From assembly GCF_009914755.1 (NCBI RefSeq), contig NC_060931.1: DNA of 64,000 nucleotides. One strand, written 5' to 3'. The notes beneath the pieces were generated by a model, which worked only from the letters and a program-made list of their open reading frames with translations, made no database searches and was not told the origin of the DNA. This document shows, piece after piece, positions 57,700 through 64,000 of the stretch. Within the stretch, counting starts at the first letter, position 1; every line of letters starts with the position of its first letter. The position numbers and the translations under genes are program-made. Source of the DNA: the human T2T-CHM13v2.0 reference genome, Homo sapiens.

Positions 57700-58945
57700 A
57701 AAGGACATCACTCTAACAAGTGTCCCCTTTCTCCTACATCATCCATTTTTACATCTCTACTTGATCATTCTCATCATTTAACAAACTTGTCATTTTCCCA
57801 GCTTTTAAAAGAAACTCCCCCAGATACACTCAAATATTTTTCTCGCCTTTGCAGTAAAACTCTTCAAAGGAACTGCCATTAGTGTCTTCCCACTCTCTCT
57901 TAAACCCATTCCAATCAGGCTTTCATTACAATTGGTGAAAACTCTTCTTGTCAGGTCACCAATGACCCAATGCTGCTAAACCCAATGATCAATTCTGAGT
58001 CCTCATATTATTCGATAATCAGTAGCAGTGATCACTCTCTCTTCCTTAAAACACTTTCTTCATTTGGCTTCTAGGTCACCTCAGTCTCTTGGTTTTCCTC
58101 CTATTTCAGTGGTTGCTTCTTTTCAGTCTCCTCCACTGGGTTCTCTTCTCTGCAACTTATTAATGTTATAATGCATCAGTTCTGGGACACTGGTTCTTTG
58201 TTTATCTCAAACTACACTCACTGTCTTAGTAATTTCATACAATCTCATGGCTTTAAATGTCATATAGGCCATGACTCACAACTTTATACCTGCAGTGCAG
58301 TCCTGTTAGCTGAACTCTTGACTCACATATTCAACTGCTTATTCAACATCATCTCTCCTCAAATGTTTGGTAGATGTCTAAAAATCAACATGCCTAAAAC
58401 TGAGATGTCTATGTCATACCACAAATTTGCTATGCACTTAGCCTTCCTCGCCTCAGCAGTGGCAACTCCATCTTTCCAATTGTGCAAACTAAAATCTGGA
58501 AGTTATGTTTGACTTGTCTCTATGTCTTATAGCACACATCTAATCCATCAGTAAATCCTTTTGATTCTTCTTTTCAAAACGTATCTGGAATACAACCTCT
58601 TTTTACTATCTCCATGATCACCTAGGCCTTTCATGTCTTTTCTCAGATGTCACCTTCTCATTGAAGCCTATCCTGACCACATTGTTTAAAATTGCATCCC
58701 TCACTTCTGCCCAACTTTACACTGCTTTATTTTTCTTTTTCCCCACATATAGCACATAACATCTTCTAACATACTATGTAATTTGTTTATTTATCATATT
58801 GATTCTCTCCACAAAGGCAAGGGTCTTTGTTTTGCTCACTGGAGGGGTCCCAATTTTGTTTGCTTCACTGCTGTGACTATAAGGTACATCTATAGAGGCA
58901 TTCATAGCACATAGTATTTGCTCAGTAAATATTTGGTTCTGAACA
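57700..58945 (+). mobile_element. L2 (L2a-like) 3' portion
   Basis: 'ggtcaccaatgac','tctcatggctttaaat','ctcagtaaatatttg'. Confidence 0.8.
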
Positions 58946-59269
58946 AACCTTGCTTATGTTTTTTTAAAAAATACGCCTATGGCTGCTGTGTGGATATAGA
59001 TTGATGGGAGTGGAGGGAAAATATATATCCCTTAGAAATGTTTTCACCTGCTAGTAATAGACAAAAATCAGACCACTTTGGATGAAACAAGAGTTATTTT
59101 TCCCTTAGAATATGATGTGAGAGATGTAACTTTTGGACTTAGTATATCAGGGCTAATGTCTCTGTGACTATAGTCCCTTTTTTCTCATTCTCACAACTGG
59201 TTACAGCAGCTCCAGCCATCAAATTTACATTCTAGATGAGGAGATGGAGGAAGGTAAATAGGGAGTTTC

Positions 59270-59780
59270 CAAGAGTCAGGGATATTTTGCATTAGCTTAT
59301 ACAAAGGTGGAGATGAAGAAATGCAAAGAGATTTTGCAATATATGTTTGTTATAAACTGGGGGAATAGTAATGAGAAAGGTGACTCCTAGGTTATTTATA
59401 TGAGTGATTGGGTAAATGGTGGAGTCATTTATTTAAGTAGTTCAAATGCAAGGAGAAAGAGATATGAAGAGAAAAACTCAAGATCTCCAAACTGGACATA
59501 CTAAATCAGAGATGCTCACTCATTATCCAAATGTAAATTTCAAGTATGCAGTTGGATATACAAGTCTGATGGTAATGGGAGAGGTTTGAGCTGGAGAGAC
59601 ACACTGGAGAGTCATGAGCACATGGGTGGTATTTAAAGCCATTGTACCAGGTAAGATCACCAGCAAATGTAGATAGTATTCAAAATTGAGTCACAGTTAA
59701 AGGGGAGGAGGAGAAAAAGCTAAAAGACTGAGAAGAAGAAAGGGGAAAATCAGGAAAATGTCGTGTCACTGAAATCAGAG
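59270..59780 (-). mobile_element. L2 fragment
   Basis: 'gcagttggatatacaagtctg','tggtatttaaagccat'. Confidence 0.7.
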
Positions 59781-59789
59781 TTTAAGAAC

Positions 59790-59940
59790 AGAATTACTTA
59801 GCCTTCTGGAATCCCAGTTTTCTCCTCTGTGAAATGAGGTGAGAATAGCTATCTCTTAGGGTGTTTATGAAGACAAAATGCTATCATGTGTGTAAATGTC
59901 GGGATAGTGGCTCACCATGATAGGCACGCAATCAATGTCT
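59790..59940 (+). mobile_element. MIR
   Basis: 'cagtttttctcctctgtgaaatgagg...tagggtgtttatgaaga'. Confidence 0.7.
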
Positions 59941-61939
59941 GCTCCCCTCCCTTTGGGAGTAGCCTCCTAGGCTATGTTCCCAGACCCACGGAGGAAAAAA
60001 CACTTTCCAGATAACCTTTTTACATTCCAGCAGGCTACGTTGATTCAATATGGTAAATAGCCATTTGTCTGGAAAACTATTTATGCAGGATGACTAGAAC
60101 AAATATTGATTTTGTTTTATCCTGATATCCATATAACTCAAGGACAAGGGAAATTCAGTACACGAATTTTAGAAACAGTAAATGTGTTGCTCATATTTTC
60201 AAGTCTGTATTAGTAATGAATAAATTAACACTTGTTTGATGAATAAACAAATGAATGAATCAAGTGAAAGGGAATGAGGTAATGTCTATTCTAGGGCAGC
60301 ATTAAGCTGTTTGTAAGTGTATGTGTTAATTATCTTAAGGTGGTTGGCTTAGTTGGTTCCAAAATGGTGTTATCAAGTTAATATTGCAGGACTACTCCTT
60401 GCTCCAATACCACATATTGAACTATTGACTACCCAACAATGGACCAGTGACAAGCCCATTGCTACTGTAGGAAACAGTAAAAACTCAACGCAAAGAAGAT
60501 AAACTCTACCTTAGGTCAAGAATTTAGAAGATGTCCTCTACTTTCTAGGGAGTGAATGTAGAATTTGCATCCTCTTTATATATTAAGGCCAGATTTAGCT
60601 TCTGGGGACCACTTCATGCAGTTTCTGCAAGTATATTTGTGGATATGTCTACATGTCTGTGCAGGCAAGGTAAATTCACGTCTTCGGACAAAGGAGTACC
60701 AGCCTACACTGATCCCGGAAAGATTTACTCACTTACAGTCAAGTGAATGAAAATTAGAGTGGAAAAATCAAGGGATGTAATTTGAAGTGAGAACAGCATT
60801 GGAGTTTGTTTTATTTATACTGATAATGAGTTCTTGGAGCCAAACATTTTTTTTCTCCTCGGTTGGTGGCTCTCTGTTGCTTTTTGCTCTTTTTTTTTTT
60901 TTTTTTTTTTTTTTAGCTTGCTTTGAAGCCACCCTGAACAAATCCATAGCAATAATCAAATGGAGGATTTAAATATGACCCACATGGAACTGTTCTGACA
61001 GTTGGGGTACCTGAGAACTGTTCAGCAAAACTTAATTTACCAACTTCCTTTTCCCTCACTAGTGAGGGACGTATGTACAGACTTGAGGGGACATGATTGA
61101 ATAATGGTTACCGGATCTAATTTAAACTTGTTTTTAAATAGCAATAAAATGTATACTGGGTTGAAGAATCTATCTCACAGCTGCCTACAGCCGTTTTTTA
61201 AAATCACTCTTTTATGCAGCATCCCTGGAAAGTCATCCATTAACCCAAGAGAGGGAGCATGGACTCCCACAAAGGAAGCATTTTGTTGCCCACTGAACAC
61301 ATATTGAAAGCACTTTTCTGTAGTTTGAAAATCTTCAATCTGCTGCACCCTTTAAATCTTGGCTGGCGAAGACAGGACCTAACAGATCACATTCCCAGAG
61401 TTTTGCTGGCAGTACTGATAAAATGAAGAAGCCAGTAAAATAAAGGCCACATTGCTAGTGTGTGAAGTTCAAGGAAGCCTGGTCAAAAATCTAATGTTTG
61501 TTAAATGGAAAGGGAAACAGCCTATCCTCCAGCACCTGCTAAAAATGTAATGATTTTCCTGGCATGCTTTAAGGGAAGGGCAAATCATAGTTCTGAGTTC
61601 AATATCATGTGGCCCCTTGAGAAAGGAAACTGAAAGCAGCAAAGAAAAACTCTAATCAGGAGCAAGATATTTGCTGCTGGTTTTCCCTCACAACCCATGC
61701 CAACCAGTGGAACAACAGCTAAAATTAACGGTTTTTTTCCTGAGTGCCTTTGGGAGGCACTGTGAGCCCAGGTGAGTCTAAGCTAAGCACTGGCCAGGTG
61801 CAGAGAAAAGAGACTGGCAGGAGCTAGGGTCCGTAACGTCAGGCAGCCCACGTCGGAGCTTAGATTAGGAGAGAGTAGGTGACGGGCCTGTGGACCAGGG
61901 ATAGCTTTGGAAGGGGGTGGGGAGGGGACTGTGGTTATA

Positions 61940-62190
61940 ATAATACAATAAGAGCTAATTCTGATTAGGTACTAGCTGTATACCAGGCACTGTACCAGGT
62001 ATATTACACAGATTATCTTTTTATTTCATAGAAGTTAGTTACTATTATTACTCCTGGGTTCACGGATGAAGAAACAGGCTCCGGTAGATTAAGGGTGTTG
62101 CCCAGGGTTCCCCCTGCAGTGAGTAGGGGAGCCAGGGCTTACAACCAAAAGCTATGACTCCAGGATTTAGCCTTTTAACACACGGTGCTA
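61940..62190 (-). mobile_element. MIR
   Basis: 'tataccaggcactg','gatgaagaaacaggctc','ttgcccaggg'. Confidence 0.78.
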
Positions 62191-62834
62191 GATCAGGCCT
62201 CAGGGACTCAGTGGCTGAGTCTCTGTGTTGGGGCATGACTGTGACATCCTCTTCTGTTTTCTTCCTTCTGCTGCTCTTCTGCAGACCTGGCCATCACCCA
62301 GGCTCAAACACAGATAATGGGAGAACAGAGACAAGTGAGACAGCCAAGGAGAGGAGGTAGGCAGTGCAGGGCCCAGGGATAGGAAGAACTAGGCCACTGG
62401 GAACTCGACAGCTGATGGGAAGGACCAAAACACAGCTCATGTTGGCGCTTCAGAAATCCGCTGGCGTTAACTTCCAGAGAACTTCTTGACAGTTGTCCCC
62501 AATTACTTCATCAAGGAGTCAAAACAATAAAACCGGGATAGGATAATGGCCAAATAGTGGATTAAAACCCACACTACGAAGTAGTGTGTCCAAGAGTTTC
62601 ATTTTCATTGGTATTTTTGGCCATAGTAAGGAAATAGTTTAGTATGTTGCAAATTGTTTACTACTGCCTTCAGATCTTCAAAGAGCTTCAGTGAGGGAGG
62701 GAGCTGATTGGTTCTATGCGGCTTCCAGAGAAGCATTAATTCCTATTAGTTCTATTCGGAAGGACTGTCTATCAGTGTGCAACCAACCCCACAAAGCAGG
62801 ACTTCACCACAGAGCACAGCCGAGCAGAAGCGAG

Positions 62835-63013
62835 GTCACTGGTCAGGACTTGGCTGCTCATTATAATCCCCTGGGAAGTTTTAAGAAAGTCTGATGCCTT
62901 GGTCTCACCCCCAGAAATTCTTACTTAGATGATCTGAGGTGGAGCCCTGGCGTTAAGATCTTTAAAACCTCCCCTACGTGATTCCAATATTCAGCAAAGT
63001 TTGAGAACCACAG
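62835..63013. mobile_element. MER5-type hAT MITE
   Basis: 'ctgatgccttggtctcacccccagaaattct...gtttgagaaccac'. Confidence 0.75.
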
Positions 63014-63917
63014 AGTTAGATATCTCATCAGGGAGGCTGCAGCACAAATTGAGTAGGAGGTTGGTCCAGGTTATTTCTAAAGTCCCTTTCAGTTCTAAGA
63101 TCCTAAACTGCTAACCAAGTACATTCACTGTGAGTTTGCTGTTTATGATGGCTATGGATAATTTTATGATTAATTATTAGTGACAGTGGACTACAATTTT
63201 TTACATGTAGAAAAGTGACACGCTGTAAGCAACAAAAGACCACATCCACTATTTTGGATTTCTGTCTCTTTGAAATTATGTTTAAGGAAAAGAAGCTAAG
63301 AAAACGTACGATAAATTTAGAATGCTATTAATCCGAAACCACCCTTCCTCCCTGGCTCTGTATCCTGGCACACTGGAACATGGAGAGTTTCTGGAGATTA
63401 ATAATAACAGTGCACATGGATCTACTTGCATCTTAGATATCCAATCTCATTGTTTCAAGGGAAAAATGATATTGGACTTAGACAAATTTTCCAGAGGGAA
63501 AAAAGACTGTGCAGTATGACTGCCAGTTGGAAAGCACAGGCACAGAGCAGACCTATTTCAGCCTCCACTTTATATCCCTGCCATCTTGCATCGTTTTTCT
63601 CACTCCTAGATCTAAGTATTGTATTTGGCAGAAACTGTCAGAATCCCTTCAAACCGCAGTCTGAACTTCATACAAGGGCCTGAACTAATTCCACACAGGG
63701 ACTTAGAATCACAGTTGCCAGTGGACTATTTAAAGACAGAAGTGCAGGACTTGTATCAACATAACTGCTTCCAGTAGATGCGGCAGGGTTCAAGGAGTCC
63801 TGCCTAGTGGAAACAAGTTCTTGGTCTGATTTTAACCTGCCATGATCCCTGCAGCGTGACTTTGGACCAACTATGTCCCCCTCAGTGCTTCAGTAACCTT
63901 AGAAGTTAAGCAAACAC

Positions 63918-63933
63918 AGAAATGCTGACTCAC
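63918..63933. promoter_or_regulatory. NRF2/NF-E2-small Maf (ARE/MARE) consensus site
   Basis: AGAAA-TGCTGACTCAC; motif match only. Confidence 0.35.
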
Positions 63934-64000
63934 TTCAGAGGGGGGCATTGTGAAGCCCAGAAAGAGGCCCTGCATTAGTAACACAAAAGGAAGCTAAACT

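Noticed and set aside
54164-57781. Hydrophobic plus-strand ORFs
   Set aside because: Antisense of a degenerate L1; T-rich composition explains the F/L/I-rich peptides.

Overview
Primate (almost certainly human) genomic DNA with no supportable protein-coding exon, rRNA, tRNA or CRISPR. It looks intergenic or deep intronic. Roughly half is recognisable transposon debris: about 22 Alu pieces, MIRs, L2, a 3.7-kb old L1M, MaLR/ERVL/ERV1 solo LTRs, and MER2, MER6, MER58, MER5 and MER102 DNA elements. The long ORFs in the track are mostly repeat or low-complexity read-throughs. Repeat subfamily names are from memory of consensus sequences, not a RepeatMasker run. The most striking structure is 16050-19305. 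A single AluY target-site duplication (AAAAGTAATATAAGGC) brackets 3.2 kb, not 0.3 kb. Inside is an Alu-dense block ending in an orphan CpG-island promoter (E-box, CCAAT, GC box) fused directly to a 5'-truncated AluY. This suggests a promoter fragment copied from elsewhere into an Alu. Other notable items: a triple TCF/GATA-site tandem repeat with two abutting hairpins (47061-47150), a (GGAA)13 microsatellite, a close inverted Alu pair, a ~105-bp L1PA insertion, several motif-dense repeat-free segments and a candidate spliced non-coding exon near 62.3 kb.
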